This document shows, piece after piece, positions 31,272-40,641 of a stretch of DNA of 64,000 bases. The position numbers and the translations under genes are program-made. The stretch's first letter is position 1. Each line of letters starts with the position of its first letter. This DNA comes from Abditibacteriaceae bacterium (GTDB taxonomy: Bacteria > Armatimonadota > Abditibacteriia > Abditibacteriales > Abditibacteriaceae). Below the pieces are notes generated by a model. The model made no database searches. It was not told the DNA's origin and saw only the letters and a list, made by a program, of their open reading frames with translations. Where the stretch lies: contig OZ255721.1 of NCBI GenBank assembly GCA_965277285.1, forward strand, positions 2,080,001 to 2,144,000, given 5' to 3'.

Positions 31272-31890
31272 AAATTGCGTGCTTTTTTCCCGAAAAATTA
31301 ACAACAAAGGAGAAATAGATTGGACGATTGAGGCAATTCCATTTTACCACTCGCGCCCGCTATACGCCGCGTTCTCGAAACAACTTTGCCAGAATGGATT
31401 GAAGAAGAAGTTTGTTCTCAAAGTGCGCAGAGAAAGGAGTCGCAAGGTCGTGGAACTCGCAGTTTGTCACGCATCACAAACTTTGCAGACTGATTGTCAA
31501 GCCGTTCGCTACGCCATCACTTCAACAATCGAGTACTCGATGCGGGTCTACTCGATACGCGTCCAAGGCAGTAGCCTGGTGCTGCATTATCTTGAAGAAA
31601 GCTTGGCGTTTATGTAGAATTAACGCATTCTCAAAGTTGCCGTTTCAGGTGCGTCTTGTCAAAGCGCTTTCGCTCAAGCGCCATTGGGTAACGTCCTTTT
31701 CAATCGCTTGACACATCGTTGTTCGCCCACATCGTTATTCGTTCACACCATCTTTTGTGATAGTTTTCGCGCGTAATCGGCTTTGCAGTCGTTCATTCCA
31801 GTCCTTCGATGAACTTTGGTTGTGAAGGCACCGCGAGCCTTTGCCAAAAAAGCATCTGTCGAAAAAACGTTGGCTCGAAAGGAGTTTTTG

Positions 31891-33975
31891 ATGGCTGTTG
31901 CGCCTTATAACTCGTCCGTCATTGCGTCTTCAGCTTCGACTTCGGATCTCGAAGAGACGCGTTCCGGCGGCGTGACATTTCGCGTCGTTTGCTTGTGTCT
32001 GGCGCTGGCCGTCTTTTTCGGCTACATCATTCCCATTATTGATGTGAAAGTGCATAACACGTTTTTAGGCGCGGCTCACTTGCCGCCAGGCGCCGTCGCG
32101 GTCTTGTTGTTTGTCTTGTTGGTGCTCAATCCGCTGCTCAAGATGGTATCGCGGCGTTTCGCTCTGGCGCGCAACGAGGTTTTGACGGTTTATATTTCGT
32201 GTCTCTTCTCGTGCCTGGTGCCAGGACATGGCGCGGAAAACTTCTTTGTTTCCAACATCATTGGGCCGTTTTATTTCGCCAAAGCCGAGAACAAGTGGCT
32301 CGATTTCCTCAACACCACGAACTTGAAGCCCTGGTTTACACCAGCTTTGCAACACGGTCCTTATTCATCAAATGGTGGCGTGGCGCACGATGCCATTAAC
32401 GGTTGGTATAACGGCATCAATGTCGGCAGCGAAACGATTCCCTGGGGTTTGTGGCTGACGCCGCTTTTGATGTGGGGCGCGCTGGTTTTCGCCATTTATT
32501 TGATGTTCGCGTGCCTCAGCGTCATTTTGCGCGCGCAGTGGAGCGACCGCGAAGCTCTCGCTTTTCCTTTGCTGCGCTTGCCGACAGATTTGACCGAAGA
32601 TGTCGACCGCAACGACAAGTTCGGCACAGTCGGGCGATTGCTGCGCAATCCGTTGCTGTGGATCGGCGTCAGCGTCGCGGTTTTCATTCAATTATTGAAC
32701 GGTTTACATAATTACGTTCCCAGCGTTCCGGCTTTCCCATTAGAAATCACCGGCAACTTTTTCAGTGAAAAGCCGTGGGATCAAATCGGCTGGACGCCCA
32801 TCAAAATATGGCCGATTGTCATTGGCATCACGTTTTTGCTGACCAGTGAAATCTCGTTTTCCTTGTGGTTCTTCTACTGGTTTATGAAGTTCCAAAACGT
32901 GGTCGGCTATTATAGCGGTTATCCGACCGATACCATGCCGAACCCTATCAGCGGCACTGGCAAAGCCTTCGCCAGTTATCAAACCGTCGGCGCGTTCTTG
33001 ATGTACGCCTTCCTCATCCTGTGGACGGGACGCGAACATTATCGCCACGTCGCGCGACGCGCTTTCGGGCGCGCTCGCAAGGGCGATGAAGAGCGCGGCG
33101 AAGCGCTTTCTTACCCAGTCGCATTCTGGGGCTTTGTGCTATCGTTCGCGTTTCTGGTCGGATGGTGCATTTTCGCCGGTATCAATCCCGTGCTGGCTTT
33201 TCTGATGTGGATGATGTATTTGGTCATCGCTGTCGGGCTTTCGCGCGTAGTGATCGAAGGCGGTTTGCTGTTCGTTCAACAAGGCTGGACACCTCTCGGT
33301 GCCGTCGCGCAATTGCTGGGCGGTGCCAATACCGCTTTTCTTCCCACGTCCAGCATTGTTCCAGCGTCTTTCGTCAATTCCGCCTTGATGGTCGACTTGC
33401 GCGGTTTTATATTGCCCAGCTTTATTCAAAGCTTCAAGCTGGCGCAAGACAACAAAATTAAGATGAAGCCGTTGCTGGCTCTCATCATGGCTGTGACAGC
33501 GATCACGCTGATAATGGGAATCTGGATGGACGTTCGCCTGGGTTATGTCAATGGCGCGCTCACCCTGGAATGGTGGTTTACACAAGGTGGCGCTCAGCTA
33601 CCCGGCAGCAATGCCGCTTCGCTTTTGACGGGCGCCGATCCCAAACAGTTTGGCCCGGCCAACTGGTTCTTCCTCGCTTTGGGCGCCCTGCTCACCTTCC
33701 TGATGATGCTGGCGCGCAGCCGCTTTCTGTGGTTTCCACTGCACCCGATTGGCTATCTGGTCTCGCTTACCTACCCGATGAACCAATTATGGTTTTCGAT
33801 TTTCCTGGGCTGGGTCGCCAAAGTCACCATCACGCGTTTTGGCGGCAGCGACACTTATCGCAAAACGGTACCTCTTTTCCTCGGCTTCGCACTGGGCGAT
33901 GTCTTGATGATGTTGGCCTGGCTCGTCATTGATGGTCTCATGGGCAAAACCGGACACCAACTCATGCCCGGATAA
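31891..33975 (+). CDS. Large polytopic membrane protein (DUF6785/DUF6784-like, possible transporter)
   Basis: Many TM segments, with QWSDREALAFPL and WFPLHPIGY motifs. AAGGAG RBS upstream. Confidence 0.65.
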   Translation: MAVAPYNSSVIASSASTSDLEETRSGGVTFRVVCLCLALAVFFGYIIPIIDVKVHNTFLGAAHLPPGAVAVLLFVLLVLNPLLKMVSRRFALARNEVLTVYISCLFSCLVPGHGAENFFVSNIIGPFYFAKAENKWLDFLNTTNLKPWFTPALQHGPYSSNGGVAHDAINGWYNGINVGSETIPWGLWLTPLLMWGALVFAIYLMFACLSVILRAQWSDREALAFPLLRLPTDLTEDVDRNDKFGTVGRLLRNPLLWIGVSVAVFIQLLNGLHNYVPSVPAFPLEITGNFFSEKPWDQIGWTPIKIWPIVIGITFLLTSEISFSLWFFYWFMKFQNVVGYYSGYPTDTMPNPISGTGKAFASYQTVGAFLMYAFLILWTGREHYRHVARRAFGRARKGDEERGEALSYPVAFWGFVLSFAFLVGWCIFAGINPVLAFLMWMMYLVIAVGLSRVVIEGGLLFVQQGWTPLGAVAQLLGGANTAFLPTSSIVPASFVNSALMVDLRGFILPSFIQSFKLAQDNKIKMKPLLALIMAVTAITLIMGIWMDVRLGYVNGALTLEWWFTQGGAQLPGSNAASLLTGADPKQFGPANWFFLALGALLTFLMMLARSRFLWFPLHPIGYLVSLTYPMNQLWFSIFLGWVAKVTITRFGGSDTYRKTVPLFLGFALGDVLMMLAWLVIDGLMGKTGHQLMPG

Positions 33976-34000
33976 AGCCGCATCGAGTACTCGAAAATGG

Positions 34001-34038
34001 AGAAAAGCCGCGCAACAATCCCGTTGCGCGGCTTTTCT
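34001..34038 (+). terminator. Intrinsic terminator
   Basis: AGAAAAGCCGCGCAAC-aatccc-GTTGCGCGGCTTTTCT. Confidence 0.75.
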
Positions 34039-34039
34039 G

Positions 34040-34254
34040 TATAACCCAAGTTTCCACCATGCGCGCCGAGTGAACACGCGGCTCGGGTGCCCTTTGGGCA
34101 GGTGCTTACGCCGCGGGTGCCCTTTGGGCGGATCGACCTGCGCCGACGATAGAGATAGAGTACTTTCAATGTTGCGTCGGCGCAGGCCGACGCTACCGCC
34201 GCAGGCGGTTGAGCCGCGAGTTCACTCGCAAGGCATAGTGCATCTTGGGTTATA
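34040..34254. other. 215-nt rod-like self-complementary element (MITE/composite REP or structured RNA)
   Basis: Nested IRs TATAACCCAAG/CTTGGGTTATA, CGAGTGAAC.CGCGGCTC/GAGCCGCG.GTTCACTCG and CCTGCGCCGACG/CGTCGGCGCAGG. Confidence 0.6.
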
Positions 34255-34303
34255 TAGAGGTTTGGCTTTTTAAGCAATGGCTTCAATGGCGAGTTCCTTG
34301 ATA

Positions 34304-34387
34304 ACGAACCCGAAGCGTAAGCGACGGGCTTGAGTGAAAGTCTTAGGAAACTATCATTTAAGCCCGTCGCTTACGCTTCAGGTTCGT
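34304..34387. repeat. REP-like doublet, ACGAACCC.AAGCGTAAGCGACGGGCTT family, copy 1
   Basis: IR of about 28 bp whose arms nearly match 43633-43718, with a diverged spacer. Confidence 0.85.
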
Positions 34388-34420
34388 AAATTCGGCTCAC
34401 TACACTGAGCCACTACCTTG

Positions 34421-35902
34421 TCAATTAGTCTCGCCTTCCAAAACTTCGCCGTTCCAACGTGCAACCTGCATCCAAATGATGTCGCCGGGCGCCAATCGAG
34501 TACTCGACTGTGGCAAAGCGACGCGCGCCTTCACATAATGCGGCGTCAGGCCTTCGACAGCGCGCTCAGAACTGGTACTTTCAATTAAGACGGGAACGTT
34601 CTGACCAAGAAATTGCGCGGCGTAATTCGCTGCCGATTCGCGCGCGAGTTCCAGCAGTTCATCAACGCGACGTTTTTGCACGTCCGGCGCGACGTGATCC
34701 GGCAACGTGGCGGCGACCGTTCCCTGACGCGGCGAGTACGGAAAAACGTGAATCGCGGAAAACTGCGCGGCGCGCGCGAGTTGCATCGTTTCCTGCCACT
34801 CGTCTTCGGTTTCGCCAGGAAAACCAACGATGATGTCGGTTGTGAGGCCGCCGTCGGGACGAATTTCGCGCCAGCGACGCGCCGCCTTGAGAAACATTTC
34901 CGGCGTGTAGCGACGCCGCATTCGCCGCAACGTCGCAGCCGAACCCGACTGCAACGCCAAATGCAAATGCGGACAAACAACAGGCGTCTGCGCGATAGTT
35001 TGCAAAAACTCATGGTCCACATCAGCCGGATCGAGCGACGACACGCGCACGCGCTCCAAACCTTCAATCGTCGCCACCGCGCGCAACAAATCGCACAACG
35101 CGGCGTTGCGAGAACGGCCAAATGATGAGTACGGAATGTAGAATGTGGAATCGGCGCTTCGCGTACTCGATTCATCATTCCGCATTCCGTATTCCGTATT
35201 TTCTTCTTTCCAGTCGCTCATCGAAACGCCGGTGACCGTTAGTTCGCGCGCACCTTCGCGGACAAAAGCGCGTGCTTCGCTCATCACGATAGCGCGCGCT
35301 TTGGTGACACTGACGCCGCGAACGGCAGGAATGATGCAATAAGAACATTTGTGATTGCAGCCATCCTGGATTTTCAAAACGGCGCGTTCTCGCGTTGCGG
35401 TTGGCTGCGGTTCGCTGCCGATTTCCGCGCGTAGTTTCGAGTACTCGATGTCCCAATCGGGACGCGCGCGCAAGGCTTCAATGGCTAATTCGGGCAACTG
35501 CAATTTTTGCGAATTGTCCAAAACCAGCGCATCCGGCGCGACCAGCAAAAACTGATCGCGCGCATACGTCGCGGCGCAACCTGTCACGGCGACAACGGCT
35601 TCGCGGTTATTGCGGCGTGCGCGACCGGCGGCTTTGCGCGATTTGCGGTCGGCTTCGGCGGTCACGGTGCAAGTGTCGATAACATAAAGATCGGCGCTTT
35701 CGCGGAACTCGACGCGACGAAAACCACGCTGCGTCAAGGCGCGCGAAATTTGGTGCGAATCATATTGATTGACCTTGCAACCCAACGTATAAAGCGCGAA
35801 CGTTGGGCGACGTGCGTTCAATTGAGTACTCGATTGTGCAACCAAACGCGTGCTAATTTCGGCGGGCGTTTGTGGAAAAAAAGAAAGTGAGGACTGCGAC
35901 AT
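34421..35902 (-). CDS. mtaB: tRNA methylthiotransferase, MtaB-like (radical SAM)
   Basis: LGCKVNQYD, DTCTVT, KIQDGCNHKCSYC (CxxxCxxC), DIIVGFPGET and HVFPYSPRQGT motifs. Confidence 0.88.
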   Translation of the reverse strand: MSQSSLSFFPQTPAEISTRLVAQSSTQLNARRPTFALYTLGCKVNQYDSHQISRALTQRGFRRVEFRESADLYVIDTCTVTAEADRKSRKAAGRARRNNREAVVAVTGCAATYARDQFLLVAPDALVLDNSQKLQLPELAIEALRARPDWDIEYSKLRAEIGSEPQPTATRERAVLKIQDGCNHKCSYCIIPAVRGVSVTKARAIVMSEARAFVREGARELTVTGVSMSDWKEENTEYGMRNDESSTRSADSTFYIPYSSFGRSRNAALCDLLRAVATIEGLERVRVSSLDPADVDHEFLQTIAQTPVVCPHLHLALQSGSAATLRRMRRRYTPEMFLKAARRWREIRPDGGLTTDIIVGFPGETEDEWQETMQLARAAQFSAIHVFPYSPRQGTVAATLPDHVAPDVQKRRVDELLELARESAANYAAQFLGQNVPVLIESTSSERAVEGLTPHYVKARVALPQSSTRLAPGDIIWMQVARWNGEVLEGETN

Positions 35903-36078
35903 GTCAGGCAGTGTAGAACGCGGCTGCACGCAGGTCAATTCCTCGCGCGCCAAACACGTTTTGATACGACGCCTGACAGCTTTTTATGCGACAATAAAAC
36001 GCGCTATCGGACTTTGCTAAAAAAGACTCCGACGTAACAGTTTCTCAGTTCGTAATTTCGCCGGTTGATGAGGATATT

Positions 36079-36381
36079 ATGCTTCTTGTCTTGATTTTTC
36101 TTGGTGGCGCGTTGTATTTAGCGTTTTATTTTTCGTTTTCGTCCTTTACCAATGCGGATTCGGCGCACTCGGGAGTGGCAATCAGCGTGTATCAGAAAGT
36201 CCAGGACGCGCTTTTCAAATTGCCAGCGTCGCTGCCGTTGGCGATCATGAAAATCATGCTGGGATTGCTCATCGTGTACACGATTTTCGATTGGACGACT
36301 TCAACCATCCGACGCACGCGCCTGAGACGCAGTCAGGAACAACGCAAAGAAGATTTGCGCCGTACTATTCATGGCGGTTGA
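36079..36381 (+). CDS. Small hypothetical membrane protein
   Basis: Two TM segments and a GAGGA RBS. Confidence 0.65.
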   Translation: MLLVLIFLGGALYLAFYFSFSSFTNADSAHSGVAISVYQKVQDALFKLPASLPLAIMKIMLGLLIVYTIFDWTTSTIRRTRLRRSQEQRKEDLRRTIHGG

Positions 36382-36390
36382 CAGAGATCA

Positions 36391-37626
36391 TTGGCGTTTA
36401 GCGGCGATCTATTTTCCGCTTTTCCGCGTCCTCTTCTTTTCACCTTCTTGATTACACCGCCTTTTTCGTTTCTGCTCGCGCCCGACTCGCTCAAGGGTTC
36501 GCTTTCCGCCACGCAAGCCTGCGTCGCTATGCAACGCGGTATCCAGCGCGCGATAGGAAATCTTCCCGCCACTTTCATCCTTGTTCCTCTCGCGGATGGC
36601 GGCGAAGGAACCGTCGAAGCATTTCTTGCAGTTGTCGGTGGCCAAACTCAAACCAAGCGCGTCCACGATCCTTTGGGACGGATGGTAAACGCGACTTGGG
36701 CGATTTTGCCGGATGGCACTGCTGTCATCGAAATGGCGCAAGCGTCCGGTCTGACGCTGGTTTCGCCCGAAGAACGCGATGCTTTACGTGCGTCCAGCTT
36801 CGGCACGGGCGAACTTTTGCGCGCCGCTCTCGATGCCGGTTGCAGAAAAATCCTCATCGGTGTTGGTGGTTCGGCGACAACCGACGGCGGCAGCGGCGCA
36901 TTGTCGGCGTTGGGCGCGCGTTTTCTCGACGCGAACGATGTCGAGCTTCCCGCAGGCGGCGCAGCTTTATCGCAACTTTCAACCATTGATTTGTCAAACT
37001 TCGACCATCGAGTACTCGATTGCGAGATTCACGTCCTGTGCGACGTGACGAATCCTCTTTGCGGCGAACGTGGCGCGGCGCACGTTTACGCTCCACAAAA
37101 AGGCGCCAATTCAGTCGAAGTCGAACTTTTGGACGCGGCGCTCGCTCATTTTGCGGATGTTACGAGCAATCATTTTGACGTTGACCAGCGCGACGTTCCG
37201 GGCGCCGGAGCCGCAGGAGGCATCGCCTTCGGGCTGATGAGTTTTTGTGGCGCGCAACTCGTTTCCGGCATCGACGCGATTTTAGAAACTGCGCATTTCG
37301 CCGCAAAACTGGAAGACGCCGATCTGGTTTTTGCTGCCGAAGGCTCGATTGATGAACAAACGCCGCAGGGGAAAACGCTTGCCGGCGTAGCAAAAATGGC
37401 GAAGTCGGCCAGGCGCGGCGTTGGCGTTCCGGTTCTCGCGTTCGGCGCACGCATTGCTTTGAGCGATGAGGAATTGGCACAAATGGGAATCGCCGCCGCT
37501 TTTCCCTTGTGCGACGAGCCATGCACAATCGAGTACTCGATGTCGCACGCATCAGAACTCCTGGCAAACGCTGTCGAACGCGCCGTTCGCTGCTGGCTTT
37601 TTGGCAATATGCTCGTTCCATTGTAG
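36391..37626 (+). CDS. glxK: Glycerate kinase (GlxK/GarK family)
   Basis: APDSLKGSL, ADGGEGT, IEMAQASG, GGSATTDGG and GAGAAGG motifs. True start is probably slightly downstream. Confidence 0.92.
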   Translation: MAFSGDLFSAFPRPLLFTFLITPPFSFLLAPDSLKGSLSATQACVAMQRGIQRAIGNLPATFILVPLADGGEGTVEAFLAVVGGQTQTKRVHDPLGRMVNATWAILPDGTAVIEMAQASGLTLVSPEERDALRASSFGTGELLRAALDAGCRKILIGVGGSATTDGGSGALSALGARFLDANDVELPAGGAALSQLSTIDLSNFDHRVLDCEIHVLCDVTNPLCGERGAAHVYAPQKGANSVEVELLDAALAHFADVTSNHFDVDQRDVPGAGAAGGIAFGLMSFCGAQLVSGIDAILETAHFAAKLEDADLVFAAEGSIDEQTPQGKTLAGVAKMAKSARRGVGVPVLAFGARIALSDEELAQMGIAAAFPLCDEPCTIEYSMSHASELLANAVERAVRCWLFGNMLVPL

Positions 37627-37657
37627 GCAGCCGCATCTTAAGCAGAGCTATAAACGA

Positions 37658-37691
37658 CAAACGAGTACCCGAACATTCGAGTACTCGTTTG
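37658..37691. terminator. Hairpin of two palindrome variants between convergent genes
   Basis: CAAACGAGTACCCGAA-ca-TTCGAGTACTCGTTTG. Confidence 0.55.
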
Positions 37692-37741
37692 CGTAACAGT
37701 TTCATCATCGCTTCCAAAACTGCCACTTGTATTTTGCGCTG

Positions 37742-38182
37742 TTATTTACGCGGAAGTGGAGGGTTTTTCCGAATTATCTCTTGTTGCTGTTGAAACCACG
37801 GTTCACTGAGTCGAACAGCTTCGCGTACTAAAGCGTTAATATCCTTCGGCGGCCCTTGCGATTCGGATCCGTAGTTGAATTTAAAGCCCGTGCCGCCTTC
37901 TTCAGTGTCGAACAACAGCTTTAACTCGCACTTTTTTCCTTCTTTATTTGGAACATCGTAAACGCCAGCGTAAGCAAAGATCCCGTCGTCAACCTTCGCC
38001 ATAAACTGTTGAAACAATGGCTCTTGTGTCACACCAAGACACAAAGTGCCAGCGTCATCATTGGCACTACCATGTCCTTGCCGATTAATGGTGCCATCGG
38101 CGCACAGCAGAACAAATAGCCTGACTTTATCATCCACTTTCAATGAAACAAAAACCGTCCGAATTTGTTCTTTAAGAATCAT
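37742..38182 (-). CDS. Hypothetical protein
   Basis: 146-aa ORF with plausible composition and no recognised motif. Confidence 0.6.
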   Translation of the reverse strand: MILKEQIRTVFVSLKVDDKVRLFVLLCADGTINRQGHGSANDDAGTLCLGVTQEPLFQQFMAKVDDGIFAYAGVYDVPNKEGKKCELKLLFDTEEGGTGFKFNYGSESQGPPKDINALVREAVRLSEPWFQQQQEIIRKNPPLPRK

Positions 38183-38226
38183 CTTAGTTCCCTATCGCCG
38201 AAAATATAACGAAAAGTGATCTATAG

Positions 38227-38265
38227 CAGAACATCGAGTACTCAATTCGAGTACTCGATGTTCTG
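38227..38265. terminator. Hairpin of two palindrome copies downstream of the oxidoreductase
   Basis: CAGAACATCGAGTACTC-aattc-GAGTACTCGATGTTCTG. Confidence 0.65.
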
Positions 38266-38279
38266 TTTTGTGAGCGAAC

Positions 38280-39449
38280 TTAATCGTCCAGGCGGATTTC
38301 GCGGCCTTCTTCGCCGGAGCGGTAAATGCTTTCGATGATGCGCGTGATGGTCAACGCTTCTTCGCCGGGCGTGAAAACCGGCGTGTCGTTGCGCACCGAT
38401 TCGACGAAGTTGGCGATTTGCGCGCGGTGCGGATGTTCAACTCGCGGCAGAAACTTGGGCGTGATGTCGAGCAGCGTCATGTCTTCTTCACGGAACATTT
38501 TGAGCGGGTTATAAGTCGCGCCGCCTTTGTCGCCAAAAATCTGGAAGCTCATCTTTTCCTCTTCTTCTTGTTCCGCCACAAAACTCGATTCGAGAACCAG
38601 CGTGCCGCCGTTTTCAAAACGTACATAAGCGCTGGCGAAATCTTCCACTGTAAAGTTTTTGTGATCCCACTGCCCCATCAGGCCGACGACATCGCTGCGC
38701 TTGCCGAACTTTTGATAGGTTTGGCCGCTGACCGCAACGACTTTGGGATAGCCCAGAACGTGCATCGCGCTATCCAGCATATGAACGCCGATGTCGATCA
38801 ACGGGCCGCCGCCGTTCTTTTCCTTCGAGACAAAAAGCCCCCACGACGGAATACCGCGACGACGCAACGCTTGCACGCGCGTGTAATACATATCGCCAAA
38901 AGCGCCGTTGGAGGCGAACTTTTTCAACAATTGCACTTCGGGCGTAAAGCGATAATGAAAGCCGCACATCAATTTGTTGCCGGTGCGCCGTGCGGCTTCG
39001 ACCATCGCTTCGCCTTCTTGCGTGTTCATCGCCAGCGGCTTTTCGCACAAAACGTGCTTGCCCGCTTCCAATGCCGCAATGGTCGCTTCAGCATGAAGAA
39101 AGTTCGGCGTCGTGACGCTGATAATTTGAATATCGTCGCGCTTCAGCATTTCGTGAAAATCAGCGTAGGAATCTTCGATGCCAAATTGCTCGGTCGCGCT
39201 TTTGCGTGCCGCTTCAATGAGATCGGAAACCGCGACGACTTTGACGTTTTTCAAATCCTGATAGCCTGGAATGTGAACGCCGCGCGCGATGCCACCAGCG
39301 CCGATGATGCCGACGCCCAGCGTTTCCGGCAACGCTTGTTTCGTTGCGCCGTTTTTTGCAGGTTTTGCGACGACTGTTTTCGCCGTCGTGCTTTTAGTTG
39401 CGACAGTTTTAGCCACTTTAGTCGCGGATACTGTTTTGGTTTTTGCCAC
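38280..39449 (-). CDS. Gfo/Idh/MocA family oxidoreductase
   Basis: GIIGAGGI, HVLCEKP and GGGPLIDIGVH motifs. GTG start after AAGGAG. Confidence 0.93.
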   Translation of the reverse strand: MAKTKTVSATKVAKTVATKSTTAKTVVAKPAKNGATKQALPETLGVGIIGAGGIARGVHIPGYQDLKNVKVVAVSDLIEAARKSATEQFGIEDSYADFHEMLKRDDIQIISVTTPNFLHAEATIAALEAGKHVLCEKPLAMNTQEGEAMVEAARRTGNKLMCGFHYRFTPEVQLLKKFASNGAFGDMYYTRVQALRRRGIPSWGLFVSKEKNGGGPLIDIGVHMLDSAMHVLGYPKVVAVSGQTYQKFGKRSDVVGLMGQWDHKNFTVEDFASAYVRFENGGTLVLESSFVAEQEEEEKMSFQIFGDKGGATYNPLKMFREEDMTLLDITPKFLPRVEHPHRAQIANFVESVRNDTPVFTPGEEALTITRIIESIYRSGEEGREIRLDD

Positions 39450-39519
39450 GTAGATCAAGCTCCTTTGGGATATTGGCGCAGTGTGACGGAACAAGCGCGC
39501 GTCGTCAAGAAAAAGGGAT

Positions 39520-39616
39520 AAACCACCAAGGCACCAAGAACACCAAGAGAAATCGAGTTCTCGAAAGTGTTAGACGTATTACTTCTCCTTTCTTTTTCTT
39601 GGTGTCTCGGTGGTTT
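39520..39616. repeat. Imperfect inverted-repeat element with a palindrome variant in the spacer
   Basis: AACCACCAAGGCACCAAGAA ... TTCTTGGTGTCTCGGTGGTT; the spacer contains TCGAGTTCTCGA. Confidence 0.6.
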
Positions 39617-39618
39617 GT

Positions 39619-40560
39619 TCAACCGCGCAGGATAGTTTCAGCGCGCTTGATGTCCAACTGCATTTGTTCAACTAACGCGGCAAGTCCATCGAACTTTCGC
39701 TCATCGCGCAAACGTTCGACGATTTGCAGTCGCGCCGTTCTTGGCGCAATTTCGATGTTCTCGCCGATCACATGAAACTCAACGCTCAGATTTTGTCCGT
39801 TTACCGTCGGGCGATGGCCGATGTTGAGCGCGGCGCGCAATCGAGTACTCGAATTGTCCAAATACGCATGGCACGCGTAAACGCCATTGGCCGGCAACAC
39901 TTTGCGCGGGTGAACCTGCAAATTGATCGTCGGAACGCCGATGGTGCGCCCCAATTGTTGTCCTGTCACAACATCGCCCGACAATTCAAAAGTGCGACCG
40001 AGCAGGCGCGCGGCGGTTCGCATGTGGCCGTCTTCGATGCACTCGCGGATGCGCGTCGAAGAAATCGCGCCTTCGTCTTCCAGTTTGTCGCGCAACACGA
40101 CGACTTCAAAACCGTGCTTTTCGCCCAGCGTTTGCAACGCCGCAATATCGCCGCTGCGCCCTTTTCCCAGTGCGAAATCTGGTCCGACCACCAGCAATTT
40201 GACCTTTAACAGTTCAACCAGAACGTTCCGCGCGAACTCTTCCGCGCTTTGTTCCGCGATTGTTTTGTCGAAGGGAACGATCAGCAAATCGTCGATTTCC
40301 AGTGGTTGAAAGGCGTCGGTTTTCTCGTCTGGCAAGGTCAGCAAACGTGAACATTCGTCCGGTTTGAAATAGCAAAACGGCATATCCTGAAACGTTAAAA
40401 CCGCCGTTTGAAGATCGCGTTTCGCCGCTTCTTCACGCATCTTTTTCACTAACAGCGCGTGTCCGCGATGCACGCCATCAAAGGTGCCGATGGTCAAGGC
40501 GCAGGATTGCACCAAAGGTTCGCGCGGCAAGGAATCGAGTACTCGCATTGGTAAAAACAT
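39619..40560 (-). CDS. ribF: Bifunctional riboflavin kinase / FAD synthetase
   Basis: IGTFDGVHRGH, ISSTRIR, GRTIGVPTIN and LRDERKF motifs. Confidence 0.96.
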   Translation of the reverse strand: MFLPMRVLDSLPREPLVQSCALTIGTFDGVHRGHALLVKKMREEAAKRDLQTAVLTFQDMPFCYFKPDECSRLLTLPDEKTDAFQPLEIDDLLIVPFDKTIAEQSAEEFARNVLVELLKVKLLVVGPDFALGKGRSGDIAALQTLGEKHGFEVVVLRDKLEDEGAISSTRIRECIEDGHMRTAARLLGRTFELSGDVVTGQQLGRTIGVPTINLQVHPRKVLPANGVYACHAYLDNSSTRLRAALNIGHRPTVNGQNLSVEFHVIGENIEIAPRTARLQIVERLRDERKFDGLAALVEQMQLDIKRAETILRG

Positions 40561-40561
40561 C

Positions 40562-40630
40562 GTAGGGACGCAGATTTCTGCGTCCGTTGTATGACTTTGG
40601 ATCAGCGGCCGCAGAAATCTGCGTCCCTAC
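40562..40630. repeat. GTAG-type REP doublet
   Basis: GTAGGGACGCAGATTTCTGCG ... CGCAGAAATCTGCGTCCCTAC. Confidence 0.75.
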
Positions 40631-40641
40631 ATTCACAAACT

